Positions 42,179 through 51,595 are shown, counted from the first letter of the stretch. The stretch is 64,000 bases of DNA from an uncultured Eubacteriales bacterium (GCA_964367815.1 CAYIYR010000001.1:5831-69830); one strand, 5' to 3'. The notes: generated from the letters alone by a model not told the origin. Program-made: numbers and translations.

Positions 42179-42604
42179 TTAGGCACTTTTTTTACTTTTC
42201 ATAACTGTTCTATTTTTTATTTTGTCTAAGCATTGATAGAATATTTCTTTTTCTTCGGTTGTTAAGTCTTGTGTTGCTTCTTCCGCCCACTTGTCAAAGA
42301 CATTTATGACATCATGCATCATTTTCATTCCATCTTCGGTTAAGGACAAAAGATTCTCTCGCCGGTTATTTGTATTCACAGTTCTTACTAATAAGCCTTG
42401 CTTTTCTAATTTACTAATCATTTTAGCAACAGTGGCTTTATCAATCGAATAAGCCCTGGAAATCTTATCTTGATTTGTGTTTTCGTGTAGATAAATAAAG
42501 GCGCAGACATTATGCTCAATTGAAGTTAAACCTAAATCTTTAAGCTCAACATAGGCATTGTTTTGACAAAATTTTGCGATTGCAACGAGATCTTGGATAA
42601 GCAT
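42179..42604 (-). CDS. MarR-family transcriptional regulator (paralog 1)
   Basis: The product has a winged HTH (DKATVAKMISKLEKQGLLVRTVNTNNRRENLLSLTEDG). It shares the MLIQDL N-terminus with paralog 2. Confidence 0.8.
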   Translation of the reverse strand: MLIQDLVAIAKFCQNNAYVELKDLGLTSIEHNVCAFIYLHENTNQDKISRAYSIDKATVAKMISKLEKQGLLVRTVNTNNRRENLLSLTEDGMKMMHDVINVFDKWAEEATQDLTTEEKEIFYQCLDKIKNRTVMKSKKSA

Positions 42605-42727
42605 AGTATCACTCCGTTTCTTCTAAATAATTTACCATAAATGTAGATTATAGTAAATGTTTTATATAATAAAAAGCCAAATAATCGTGATAATTAAGAA
42701 GTATATGGCATATATAGTAATAAAAAG

Positions 42728-42810
42728 TTGATAAAATCAACAGTTGGTTATTGACAACTATTTTTCTAAAGAGTATATTGAAATTGTCAACAGTTGAGAA
42801 AATCAACAAT
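42728..42810. promoter_or_regulatory. cluster of palindromic candidate MarR operator sites in the divergent promoter region
   Basis: The perfect palindrome TTGATAAAATCAA is at 42728-42740. AGTTGGTTATTGACAACT is an inverted repeat. TCAACAGTTGA is a palindrome. TTGAGAAAATCAA is a near-palindrome just before the marR2 RBS. Confidence 0.4.
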
Positions 42811-42823
42811 AATGAGGTAAAAT

Positions 42824-43231
42824 ATGCTAATACAAGATTTGATTGTTATCGCCAAAAGTGCGCAACGAGCAGCAAATGAGAAGGTAAAGAGCCTTGGTTT
42901 TACTACGCGCGAAAATACAATATGTAATTATTTATATTTACACCAAGAAGCGAGCCAAGATAAAATTGCTAAAACATTGCTAATTGATAAAGCCACTGTC
43001 GCAAAGATTTTAAAGAAATTAGAAGATCAAAAGATAATTGAACGAAAAGTCAATCCAAACAATCGTAGACAAAATATCATTACTCTTTCCGATGGCGGTT
43101 CGGCCGTAATTAAAGAAATGATTGGATTTTATGATGCTTGGACTGATTTTGTTATGGATGAATTAAGTGAAGAAGAAAAAGCGCAGTTCTACTCCTATTT
43201 GAAAAAAATTAAGCATAAAGCGATGTCATAG
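42824..43231 (+). CDS. MarR-family transcriptional regulator (paralog 2), first gene of the operon
   Basis: The winged HTH is DKATVAKILKKLEDQKIIERKVNPNNRRQNIITLSDGG. It is about 40-45% identical to paralog 1 by eye. Confidence 0.8.
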   Translation: MLIQDLIVIAKSAQRAANEKVKSLGFTTRENTICNYLYLHQEASQDKIAKTLLIDKATVAKILKKLEDQKIIERKVNPNNRRQNIITLSDGGSAVIKEMIGFYDAWTDFVMDELSEEEKAQFYSYLKKIKHKAMS

Positions 43232-43264
43232 GCATCCATTAAAAATAATAGAAAGGGTGATGGT

Positions 43265-43978
43265 ATGGAGAGTTTAATCGTCTTTAGCGAAGTAAATGTC
43301 AGTTGGGGAATGGCATTGGTAGATTTTATCCCTGTAGTTTTTTTCTCGGCAGGTATGGGTTATTTATTAAAAATGACTTATCGCAAGCTAAATCCATTTT
43401 GGTATTCACTGCTTAGTGGTGGGGCATTCCTAGGGTTTTTCGCGGGCTTATCAAAGTGTACGTGGAAATTGTTGTATGCAGCGGGTTTTGATTTTGCACC
43501 ATTTAATGTTTCATTTGCTGTCTATCAAACCGTTGGCTTCCTATTAATTGCTATTGCCTTAATTGCGGTTGTCGTATTCGATAAGAAAACGACCGCTATG
43601 CCGAAAGTAAAGAGCATTGAATTGCCAGTATCGATTCTTGCTTTATTACCGCTAGTGTTAGCAACAGTAAGATCAGTTACTAAACCAGGATTCCTTTGGT
43701 ATATTTGCATGGGAATTTTCACAAGTGTTTATCTCGTTTGTATGGCAATCTTGACCATCAGAAGAAAGATGGTTAAAGAGACAATATCTTTAGTAATTTC
43801 GTTTGTTTGCATGTGGACCATGGCTGGATTGAAATCTCAATTTGAATCTGGCGGGACCTTTGAGAGAATGAATTGGATTGCTCAGATTGTCAATAGTATT
43901 ACTCAACTTGCAATGGCGTATCCTGCTTTTATGCTTTGTAAAAAAGAAATACTAGTCAATAAAGCAGTAGAACAATAA
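43265..43978 (+). CDS. hypothetical polytopic membrane protein (237 aa)
   Basis: The product has 6-7 TM helices and no motif I recognise. Confidence 0.5.
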   Translation: MESLIVFSEVNVSWGMALVDFIPVVFFSAGMGYLLKMTYRKLNPFWYSLLSGGAFLGFFAGLSKCTWKLLYAAGFDFAPFNVSFAVYQTVGFLLIAIALIAVVVFDKKTTAMPKVKSIELPVSILALLPLVLATVRSVTKPGFLWYICMGIFTSVYLVCMAILTIRRKMVKETISLVISFVCMWTMAGLKSQFESGGTFERMNWIAQIVNSITQLAMAYPAFMLCKKEILVNKAVEQ

Positions 43979-44002
43979 TAACCACAAAGAGGAGGAGATA
44001 AA

Positions 44003-45082
44003 ATGAGTGGAATTGTCGCATATGGTGTCAAGATTCCTTTTAGAAGAATAGAATCAGCGACCATATTAGAAGTTTGGCGTAATGTTTCCGAAGAAATATT
44101 AACCAAATTAAACCTTAAGGAACGGGCTGTTACGGGTCCAGATGAAGACCCTATTACCTTAGGTGCCAACGCAGCCAATAGTTGTTTAAAACAAAGCAAC
44201 TTAAAATTAGATCAAGTAGATGGATTAATCTTTGCTAGTCAAACCAATCCTTATGCAACCAAATCAAGCGCTACGGTTTTACAAGATATCTTGGGTTTAA
44301 AGCACGATATCTTTACCACCGATGTTCAACAGGCTTCACGCAGTGGATTCGATGCGATTTTCATCGCTAAAAATCTAGTCGATAGTGGTAGATGCAAGAA
44401 TGTTTTAGTTATCGCCAGTGATTGTCTGAATCAATTCATTTCACCGGGTCATGTTTATGAATATGCCGGTAGTGCCGGTGCCGTAGCCTTAATCATCAGC
44501 AGAGAAAATGTTATCGCTGAAATTAACGATATGCAATTTGCATCAGAAGATCGCGCCAACTGGTATCGTTTAAATACCGAAAGATATATTCAACTGGGCT
44601 GTGGCTTTGTTGGCTATATCAGTAGCTGGGGATTAATGGAATCTGTTAAAGATAGTTGGACTAAATATAAAGAAGTTAATGGCGTAACTGCCGATGATTT
44701 CATGCACTTTGCCTTACCACAAGGTAATGTTGTTCAATCATTTATGACGACCGGAGTATTGAACTGCGATGTCTACCAAGCATTACCATACGTTATCAGT
44801 GAATCAGTTGGTGATTTAGGCTGTGGATTAGTGCTTGCATCAATGTGTAACATTTTTGATCTCATTGATGAGGGTGGACAAACCATCTGTGCTGTTGGCT
44901 ATGGTTGGGGTGATGGGTCCTGTATTATGGGCCTAACAACTACTGATTTAATCGGACAAGTTGCTGATAAACCAGTAGTTATGACACAGATAGAGAAGAA
45001 AGAATACATCAGTTACGGCAAAGCCGTGAAATATGAAAAGAAATTAGACCGCAATATGAAGGGTCTATCCAGTTATTATTAG
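44003..45082 (+). CDS. archaeal-type HMG-CoA synthase-like / KAS III-like condensing-enzyme family protein
   Basis: GIVAYGVKIPFRRIESATILEVW...PDEDPITLGANAA...NPYATKSSATV parallels the archaeal HMGCS N-terminus (GIVGYG..IP.YRI...DEDT.T.A.EAA). The His of FMHFALPQGN is conserved. RBS GAGGAGGAG lies upstream. Confidence 0.75.
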   Translation: MSGIVAYGVKIPFRRIESATILEVWRNVSEEILTKLNLKERAVTGPDEDPITLGANAANSCLKQSNLKLDQVDGLIFASQTNPYATKSSATVLQDILGLKHDIFTTDVQQASRSGFDAIFIAKNLVDSGRCKNVLVIASDCLNQFISPGHVYEYAGSAGAVALIISRENVIAEINDMQFASEDRANWYRLNTERYIQLGCGFVGYISSWGLMESVKDSWTKYKEVNGVTADDFMHFALPQGNVVQSFMTTGVLNCDVYQALPYVISESVGDLGCGLVLASMCNIFDLIDEGGQTICAVGYGWGDGSCIMGLTTTDLIGQVADKPVVMTQIEKKEYISYGKAVKYEKKLDRNMKGLSSYY

Positions 45083-45094
45083 GAGGCAAAGAAA

Positions 45095-46300
45095 ATGGAT
45101 AAAAAAATTAGAAAAGTCGTTGTTTATTCCTTTGCAATCACTGATAGAGGATATCCTTACGCGACTCCCTGGAGAAAAATCGTTGTTGATGCTTTTACAA
45201 AAGCTTTAGATCAAACAACATTAAAAGTTGAAGATATTCAATGTGGATCTGTTGGATATAACGAAAGAGGCGTTAGTGAAGCGGCCCTTGGTACGCAAGT
45301 TGCTGATGCTCTAGGTCTACCATTGTCTTGTAGTATGACTCCAGTCTCCCATGCTTGTGCAGGTGGTGGTATGGCGTTATACAATGTTTGGAATTATATT
45401 GCTTCTGGCATGTATGATGTTGGGCTAGTAATGAGTTTCCAAGTCGGTGATAGCTTCGACAACATGGAAGCTATGAACCCCATCGGTAATCACTCTGATT
45501 ATGACTATACTTTCGGATTTTCACATGTAGAATACAGTTTCTTAAGAGATAAATGGTATCGTGAAAAATATGGCTATGATGTAATTCCCGCGGCTACTTG
45601 GGCGCAAGTCTGTCATGAATATGCTAGAAAAGTTCCTGGTAGTGTTGAATATGGAAAAGATATGCCAGTTTGGGAAGATCTAGCTGCTGAAACCGCCGAA
45701 GGCGAAAGAGCAAGAAGTGCTGCTGCTAGAGGTGCTACAGCCACAGCAACCATTCTTGTTTCTGAAGAGAAAGCAAAAGAATTGGGTATCAAAGATCCAG
45801 TTACTTGCTATGTTGCTTATGCTTTCAGACCTCCATATATTGGAAATCATATGTTCTATGAAGGCTGTCCTGGTTACGAGAATTATGACTTAGCAAATCA
45901 ACCGGGTATGATTAATGCCGCGCAACAAGTTTATAAGATTGCTGGCATTACCCCAAAGGATATTGATGTTGCTGAAGTTCATGATCTCAGCGGTTGGGAA
46001 GGCATCTACTCCCTAGAGGGATTAGGAATCTGTGAAATCGGTGAAGGTGGAAAATTTGTTGCCGAAGGAAATACAAGAGTCGGTGGAAAATGTCCAACTT
46101 GTACCCATGGTGGTGGAATTGCTTATGGACATACTTCTGTCGGTAGTGATTTCCAGATTAACTTCTTTGAAGCCTGCCTCCAATTACAAGGCAAAGCTGA
46201 AGGAAGACAAGTTGAAGGAGCAAAGATTGGTGTTGCCCAAGCTTATGGAACCCATCACTCCTATGATGTCGTATCAGTATTGAAGAAGGGAGAGATTTAG
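45095..46300 (+). CDS. thiolase (SCP-x/archaeal-type acetyl-CoA C-acetyltransferase-like)
   Basis: The product has a thiolase fold with the nucleophile Cys in SHACAGGG and the C-terminal GGGIAYGHTSVGSD segment. Confidence 0.8.
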   Translation: MDKKIRKVVVYSFAITDRGYPYATPWRKIVVDAFTKALDQTTLKVEDIQCGSVGYNERGVSEAALGTQVADALGLPLSCSMTPVSHACAGGGMALYNVWNYIASGMYDVGLVMSFQVGDSFDNMEAMNPIGNHSDYDYTFGFSHVEYSFLRDKWYREKYGYDVIPAATWAQVCHEYARKVPGSVEYGKDMPVWEDLAAETAEGERARSAAARGATATATILVSEEKAKELGIKDPVTCYVAYAFRPPYIGNHMFYEGCPGYENYDLANQPGMINAAQQVYKIAGITPKDIDVAEVHDLSGWEGIYSLEGLGICEIGEGGKFVAEGNTRVGGKCPTCTHGGGIAYGHTSVGSDFQINFFEACLQLQGKAEGRQVEGAKIGVAQAYGTHHSYDVVSVLKKGEI

Positions 46301-46302
46301 TT

Positions 46303-46737
46303 ATGGCTGACAATTTATTTGGCTCAATCGCAAGAGTAGAAACTCATAATACCGTAAGAGCGTATAAAGAAAAAGATGGACGTTTCCGGATTATTGGTTC
46401 TAAGTGTCCAGATTGTGGATCAATTTGGTATCCAAGAAGATTTATTTGTCCAAAATGTCACGGTCGTAATCTTCAACCATATGAGTGTGCACAAGAAGGC
46501 GAAGTAGTAACTTCTTGGGTCGATATGATTGGTTTCCCAGTAATTGGCTTTGAAGATATTGATGATCGCTGTGTTGCAATGATCAAATTGGATGATGGCA
46601 TCCATGTCATGGGCGAGATTATCGATGTTAGAAAAGAAGTTCCAAATGGGACAAGAGTAAAAGCTGTTATTAGACAATTAAAAAGAGACGATACTGGTAA
46701 CCTAATGTATGGTTATAAATTCGAAGTCGTTGAGTAG
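46303..46737 (+). CDS. DUF35 zinc-ribbon/OB-fold protein (thiolase-HMGCS scaffold subunit type)
   Basis: A rubredoxin-like zinc ribbon (CPDCGSIWYPRRFICPKCHG) is followed by an OB-fold. It starts 2 nt after the thiolase stop. Confidence 0.8.
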   Translation: MADNLFGSIARVETHNTVRAYKEKDGRFRIIGSKCPDCGSIWYPRRFICPKCHGRNLQPYECAQEGEVVTSWVDMIGFPVIGFEDIDDRCVAMIKLDDGIHVMGEIIDVRKEVPNGTRVKAVIRQLKRDDTGNLMYGYKFEVVE

Positions 46738-46781
46738 AACTCGAATTTACAATATAGAAATAATTAAAGGAGGACATTATT

Positions 46782-47126
46782 ATGTCAAAAATTAGTGAAG
46801 TTATTTACAATCTACCAAATTTATTCGTTAAAGAAAAAGCCAAGGGATGGGACAGATGCTTAGTATTCGAGTTAACTGGAGAAGAAGCCAGCAAATACAC
46901 TGCAATTATTAAAGGTCAAGTTCTAACAATTCATGATGGCGAACCAACAGAAGAAGAAAACGCAATGAAGAAATTAGTTGTCTTTGGTGACAGCCAATAT
47001 GTTGTTCAAATGTTCACCGGTGAAGTTCCACCAATGAAATTAGTCAACGCCAAATTAATCCAAATGAAGGGTGGACTAATCGATTCTATGTCCTTCAGCC
47101 GTATTTGGAATATTCCCAAGAAATAA
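46782..47126 (+). CDS. SCP2 (sterol carrier protein 2-like) lipid-binding domain protein
   Basis: The 114-aa product has SCP2-fold length and pattern (LVFELTG...KLVVFGDSQYVVQMFTGEVPPMKL...KLIQMKGG). Confidence 0.65.
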   Translation: MSKISEVIYNLPNLFVKEKAKGWDRCLVFELTGEEASKYTAIIKGQVLTIHDGEPTEEENAMKKLVVFGDSQYVVQMFTGEVPPMKLVNAKLIQMKGGLIDSMSFSRIWNIPKK

Positions 47127-47168
47127 GGTACATTTTACGTTTATTACTAACTAAAAGGAGGTTAGCAA

Positions 47169-48218
47169 ATGTTAAAATATCGTGAGGAACAAAATCATCG
47201 TTGGGCCCATAATCTAAAAGCAGCCCGTGAATATTTTAATTCCGATTTAGAAAAATTCTATAACGGAGATATTCCTGCAGAGTTCCCCTATCCAGGCATC
47301 AAAATCTTGGGTGCCTTCTGGGTAGCCGAAAACATGGAGATGCAAGAAAGACTAGCTATTCACAAAGATGTTCTTGATTTAAAAGAACACTATAAAGAAT
47401 ATGAAGTGTTTTCAGAAGAGTTCTATCGTTGGTTTGTGGAAGACTTTGTTGAAATGTCTAATCGTTTTGACATTTATTCTAAAGAGGACTTAGACCAATT
47501 AGTCAGAATATCTCAACAAGAAGTCAAGATTCCTGAAGATTGGCAAGAACAAATTGAAAGTTTAGAAGCCAGATCAGAAGAAATGCTTTCCAGTAAGCAA
47601 AAAGATGATGAACTACTAAGAGATTGGTTCTTCTATTGTGGAAGATTTATTCTCTCATATGCTCAGAACTTGATCAGACAAGGAGTTATTACTGCCTTGT
47701 TTGTAAAATACTTCGGCGTTGATGCTTTGAAGAAAGCAATTGAACCGACCATTGATTACTTTGGTTGGAACATTAATAGAGTTTTCTTTAATGTTGCGAT
47801 GCCAGCCACTGGTTTCCAAGACCTAGGTGACATTGTTGCCTTAGGGGCTTATGGAATGTTGGCCGACCAAGCAGTTAGTCCAAGTAGTGAAGAAGTCAAA
47901 GATGGAGTCACCTACAAACGTAGTTATTTAGATACTTGCCAATTATATGGCTTTATCGACTCGGTAGCTGATTTCCTAAATCAACCTAAGGGTTGTACTT
48001 CTGATGCTTATTGTCGCTTCTGCGTTGGCCATGGTGAGAAAACAATGCACTTTGTTATTCCACCAGATAGAACAGTCGATTATTCATTAGAGACTGGTCT
48101 CGGCTACGGTGGTAAAAGATGTACATTCTTATTAAAGACCGTTGAGGGTGAAGATGATGAGAGATGTGCAAATGCTGAAGCCAAAATATTTGGCGATGAA
48201 GAATTAACTTATAAATAA
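47169..48218 (+). CDS. hypothetical protein with C-terminal Cys motifs ([16 protein letters not shown] ... GGKRCTFLL ... ERCANAE)
   Basis: I recognise no family for this 349-aa soluble protein. RBS AAAGGAGG lies upstream. Confidence 0.5.
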   Translation: MLKYREEQNHRWAHNLKAAREYFNSDLEKFYNGDIPAEFPYPGIKILGAFWVAENMEMQERLAIHKDVLDLKEHYKEYEVFSEEFYRWFVEDFVEMSNRFDIYSKEDLDQLVRISQQEVKIPEDWQEQIESLEARSEEMLSSKQKDDELLRDWFFYCGRFILSYAQNLIRQGVITALFVKYFGVDALKKAIEPTIDYFGWNINRVFFNVAMPATGFQDLGDIVALGAYGMLADQAVSPSSEEVKDGVTYKRSYLDTCQLYGFIDSVADFLNQPKGCTSDAYCRFCVGHGEKTMHFVIPPDRTVDYSLETGLGYGGKRCTFLLKTVEGEDDERCANAEAKIFGDEELTYK

Positions 48219-48232
48219 AGGAGAACACAATT

Positions 48233-48988
48233 ATGAGATTTCAAGATAGAGTTGTAATTGTTACTGGTAGCGCCTATGGAATTGGCAGAGCCACCGCTTT
48301 AGCGTTTGCTAAAGAAGGTGCAAAACTAGTTATCACTGATTACAATGCCGAAAAGTTAGAGCAGACAGGTAAATTATTAGAAGAATTAGGCACTGAGTAT
48401 ATTTCAAGAGCCTTTGATATTCGTGATGGCGAGAAAATTGATGAAATGATGAGTGCTGCCATGGAAAAATGGGGACACATCGATGTTATGGTTAACAACG
48501 CTGGTGTTGGTCAATTCAATCCTTTCCCAACCACCTCAATTGATGAATGGGATACAATTATGGGAATCAACGCTAAAGCCGTTTATATGTGCTGCCGTGC
48601 AGTAGTTCCTTACATGATGGATGCTGGAAAGGGTGCTATTGTTAACATCACCAGTATCATGGGTGAATTTGCTGCCATTGCTCAATCTATTTATAACACC
48701 TCCAAGGGTGCTGCCAAGATGCTAACACAAGCTATAGCCAAAGATTTAGGTGAAACAGGTATTAGATGTAATGCTGTTGCTCCAGGAATGGTTCAAACAG
48801 GTTTAACTGAAAACATGTTTGCTGATGATGGTCAGAGACAATGGTTTGAGGAAAGAATTCCATTAGGAAGAGTCGCCCAACCAGATGAACTAGCCAAAGC
48901 AGTATTATTCCTCGCTAGCGATGATGCCAGTTATATTACCGGTGCAACTTTAAGAGTTGATGGTGGTATGACCTGCGCTATGAACTAA
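48233..48988 (+). CDS. SDR-family oxidoreductase (3-oxoacyl reductase FabG-like)
   Basis: The product has [13 protein letters not shown] (NAD(P) binding), NNAG, and the catalytic YNTSK. Confidence 0.85.
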   Translation: MRFQDRVVIVTGSAYGIGRATALAFAKEGAKLVITDYNAEKLEQTGKLLEELGTEYISRAFDIRDGEKIDEMMSAAMEKWGHIDVMVNNAGVGQFNPFPTTSIDEWDTIMGINAKAVYMCCRAVVPYMMDAGKGAIVNITSIMGEFAAIAQSIYNTSKGAAKMLTQAIAKDLGETGIRCNAVAPGMVQTGLTENMFADDGQRQWFEERIPLGRVAQPDELAKAVLFLASDDASYITGATLRVDGGMTCAMN

Positions 48989-48989
48989 C

Positions 48990-49796
48990 ATGAAGAAAGA
49001 AAAGAAATCAAAAAAAGTTTTAACACCTGAAGAAAAAGCTGCTAAAAAAGCAAAAATGAAGGAAACCGCTTGGCTCGGATTTAAAGATGGTATTATTCCA
49101 TTCTTTATTCAGATGGGAATCCTGGTAGTTGTCATTCTAGAATTCGTTTTTGTCATTGCTAACAAGAACATCCCCAATGTTTCTAATGTTGCGGATCGAA
49201 TTGTTGGTGGCGAAGTAATTAATGATCCTAACATACTACGCCTAATTTATATGATTCTATGTGTGCCAGCTGTTATCGGATTGCTATGGTGGTCTTCCAA
49301 AGTTGAAAGTAAAACCAAACAATTCTGGATTTCACTTGTTGCAGGAATTGTTGCTTGGCAGTGTATAGGTGAATGTAGTTTCCATTTTGGACTCTATGTC
49401 AATGGCACTTTTGAGTTCTTCCCCCAAATTGAAGGACCACAAGGCCTATTCCTACTTGTCTTTATTAGTCCAGTTCTGTTCTATGCCAATAAGAAGAAAG
49501 CATTCCCTTGGTTTGTTCAAATCTTCTTACTGTCATTTATGTGTAACTGGTTAGGACACTTTGTTATTGAAGGTATTGCCCCAATGTGGCCAACCACATT
49601 GCGTTATCATAATCCAGCAAAATGGCCAAAAATTGTAGGTATCCTAGCTGGTCTCCATGGTAGCTTAATGCTTTTATACAAAATTATCTTCAAAGCCAAA
49701 ACCAAAGAAGAAAGACTCGTTTTATCACTATTACTTTATACGTTTGTTGGAGTATTAGTAGAGGGTGTCTTTGGCGTTGGCGGGTCGTTAGGATAA
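48990..49796 (+). CDS. hypothetical membrane protein (268 aa)
   Basis: A Lys-rich N-terminus is followed by about 7 TM helices. It starts 1 nt after the SDR stop. Confidence 0.5.
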   Translation: MKKEKKSKKVLTPEEKAAKKAKMKETAWLGFKDGIIPFFIQMGILVVVILEFVFVIANKNIPNVSNVADRIVGGEVINDPNILRLIYMILCVPAVIGLLWWSSKVESKTKQFWISLVAGIVAWQCIGECSFHFGLYVNGTFEFFPQIEGPQGLFLLVFISPVLFYANKKKAFPWFVQIFLLSFMCNWLGHFVIEGIAPMWPTTLRYHNPAKWPKIVGILAGLHGSLMLLYKIIFKAKTKEERLVLSLLLYTFVGVLVEGVFGVGGSLG

Positions 49797-49799
49797 ACT

Positions 49800-49827
49800 A
49801 AACCCCCACTCAGGGGGTTTTATACTT
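49800..49827 (+). terminator. probable terminator ending the 9-gene operon
   Basis: Hairpin AAACCCCC-ACTCA-GGGGGTTT is followed by a short T/A run. Confidence 0.5.
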
Positions 49828-50547
49828 ATGAAAAAACACACAAAACTTAAAATAACTCTAATAGTTATCTTAACGGTAGTTCTAGCAATTGTAGTTGGCG
49901 GAACCATTTATGTCAAAGATTATTATCATAGTGATGAGAGCGTTGCAGCAATACTAAATAATGAGAATGTCCAAATCGAAAAAAATTATATTACTTTTGG
50001 TGATGAGAAAGCAGAGACAGGTATCATATTTTATCCTGGTGGTAAAGTAGAACATACTGCTTATGCACCACTGATGAATCAATTGGCAGACAAGGGATGT
50101 TTTGTTGTTCTAGTAAAGATGCCTTTTAACCTTGCCGTATTTGATATAGATGCCGCCGATGAAATTAGAGAGACCTTTGGCCAAAAGCAATGGTATATAG
50201 GTGGGCATTCGTTAGGCGGTGCAATGGCAAATAGCAACCTAGGAAAGCAACCCAAAAGTTATCAGGGACTAATATTACTTGGTGCTTATCTAACTGATGA
50301 TTTAAGCGCATATGACGGAATTGTTGTTTCCATTTATGGAAGTGAAGATCAAGTTTTAAACAAAGAAAAATATGATGAAGGACTTGAATATAAACCTTCA
50401 AAGTATTATGAATTAGTTCTTAGTGGCGGCAATCATTGTCAATTTGGAAACTATGGTTTTCAAAAAGGTGATGGAATAGCTTCTATCAGCGCATCTAATC
50501 AACAACAACAAACGAGTGATTTTATTTGGAGCAAAATAAGTACCTAA
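49828..50547 (+). CDS. alpha/beta hydrolase with N-terminal membrane anchor
   Basis: A TM helix is followed by the nucleophile elbow GHSLGG. Confidence 0.7.
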   Translation: MKKHTKLKITLIVILTVVLAIVVGGTIYVKDYYHSDESVAAILNNENVQIEKNYITFGDEKAETGIIFYPGGKVEHTAYAPLMNQLADKGCFVVLVKMPFNLAVFDIDAADEIRETFGQKQWYIGGHSLGGAMANSNLGKQPKSYQGLILLGAYLTDDLSAYDGIVVSIYGSEDQVLNKEKYDEGLEYKPSKYYELVLSGGNHCQFGNYGFQKGDGIASISASNQQQQTSDFIWSKIST

Positions 50548-50633
50548 AAAAGCATAGAATTTACATTTTGATATTGGATGATGTTCTAAGATTATTAAAG
50601 TGCGCATATCAATCTATTAGTTAAGGAAGGTTG

Positions 50634-51425
50634 ATGAGAATGCGTACTTTTTTTGATAAGACAAGAACAAAGATTGCTTTGCTGTGTGCTATTGTAATAC
50701 TAGTTTCGGGAGTAATGGTTGGTTTAACTCAATTTTACACCAATATTAGCGCAACATCATGGGGGCTTAGTTATCCAAATAATGGAAGTGAGCCTTATAT
50801 TGATATCGAAGAAAACTATCTAGCAAAATACAAAACATATTATCGAGGAGACAAGACAAAGCCAAATATCTATTTAACATTTGATGCCGGTTATGACAAC
50901 GGAAATACGGGAAAAATTTTGGATATACTAAAGCATTATAATGTAAAGGCGTGTTTTTTCTTGGCCGGTTATTTCTTTGAATCACAGCCCGAGCTTGTTA
51001 AGAGAATGGTTCAAGAAGGACACACGGTAGGTAATCACACTAATAACCATAAGAATATGTCAAAAATGGACAAGGCAACATTTATCAAAGAAATAGAAGC
51101 AGTTGAAAAAATGTATTTCAAGTTGATAGGCAAAGAAATTCCTAAATATTATCGTCCACCAGAGGGAAGATATAATGAAGAAAACTTGAAATGGATTAGC
51201 GAAAGAGGATATAAAACCATCTTTTGGAGTCTAACACATAAAGACTGGGATCCAAAGAATCAACCAAATGCCCAACAATCCATTCAATTGTTAACAAAAA
51301 GGATGCATAATGGGGCGATAGTTCTTATGCATAGCGTTTCCGATACAGATGTAAAGATACTGGGAGAACTTATCGAGAGTTATACCAATTCTGGATACAA
51401 GATTAGACCGATTACAAGCTTATAG
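50634..51425 (+). CDS. pdaA: polysaccharide deacetylase, PdaA-like (spore cortex delta-lactam de-N-acetylase family)
   Basis: The NodB domain (YLTFDAGYDNGNTGKILDILKHYNVKACFF, HTVGNHTNNH) is closely co-linear with B. subtilis PdaA (YLTFDNGYENGYTPKVLDVLKKHRV...GNHSFHH). RBS AAGGAAGG lies upstream. Confidence 0.7.
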   Translation: MRMRTFFDKTRTKIALLCAIVILVSGVMVGLTQFYTNISATSWGLSYPNNGSEPYIDIEENYLAKYKTYYRGDKTKPNIYLTFDAGYDNGNTGKILDILKHYNVKACFFLAGYFFESQPELVKRMVQEGHTVGNHTNNHKNMSKMDKATFIKEIEAVEKMYFKLIGKEIPKYYRPPEGRYNEENLKWISERGYKTIFWSLTHKDWDPKNQPNAQQSIQLLTKRMHNGAIVLMHSVSDTDVKILGELIESYTNSGYKIRPITSL

Positions 51426-51560
51426 TTGTTCGTATATTGAGTTGAAAATACTGACGATTATATGGTAAAATATTAGGGAACAGACGGAGAAGCAACAATG
51501 TGGAGTAGATATCAAAAAACTCCACTTGTCATTCTCTGTTTGAGAAGATATTTGCAAATT

Positions 51561-51595
51561 AAAAGATTGGATTTATACTCCAATCTTTTTTGTTA
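51561..51595. terminator. bidirectional rho-independent terminator
   Basis: Hairpin AAAAGATTGGA-TTTATAC-TCCAATCTTTTTT. Confidence 0.65.
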
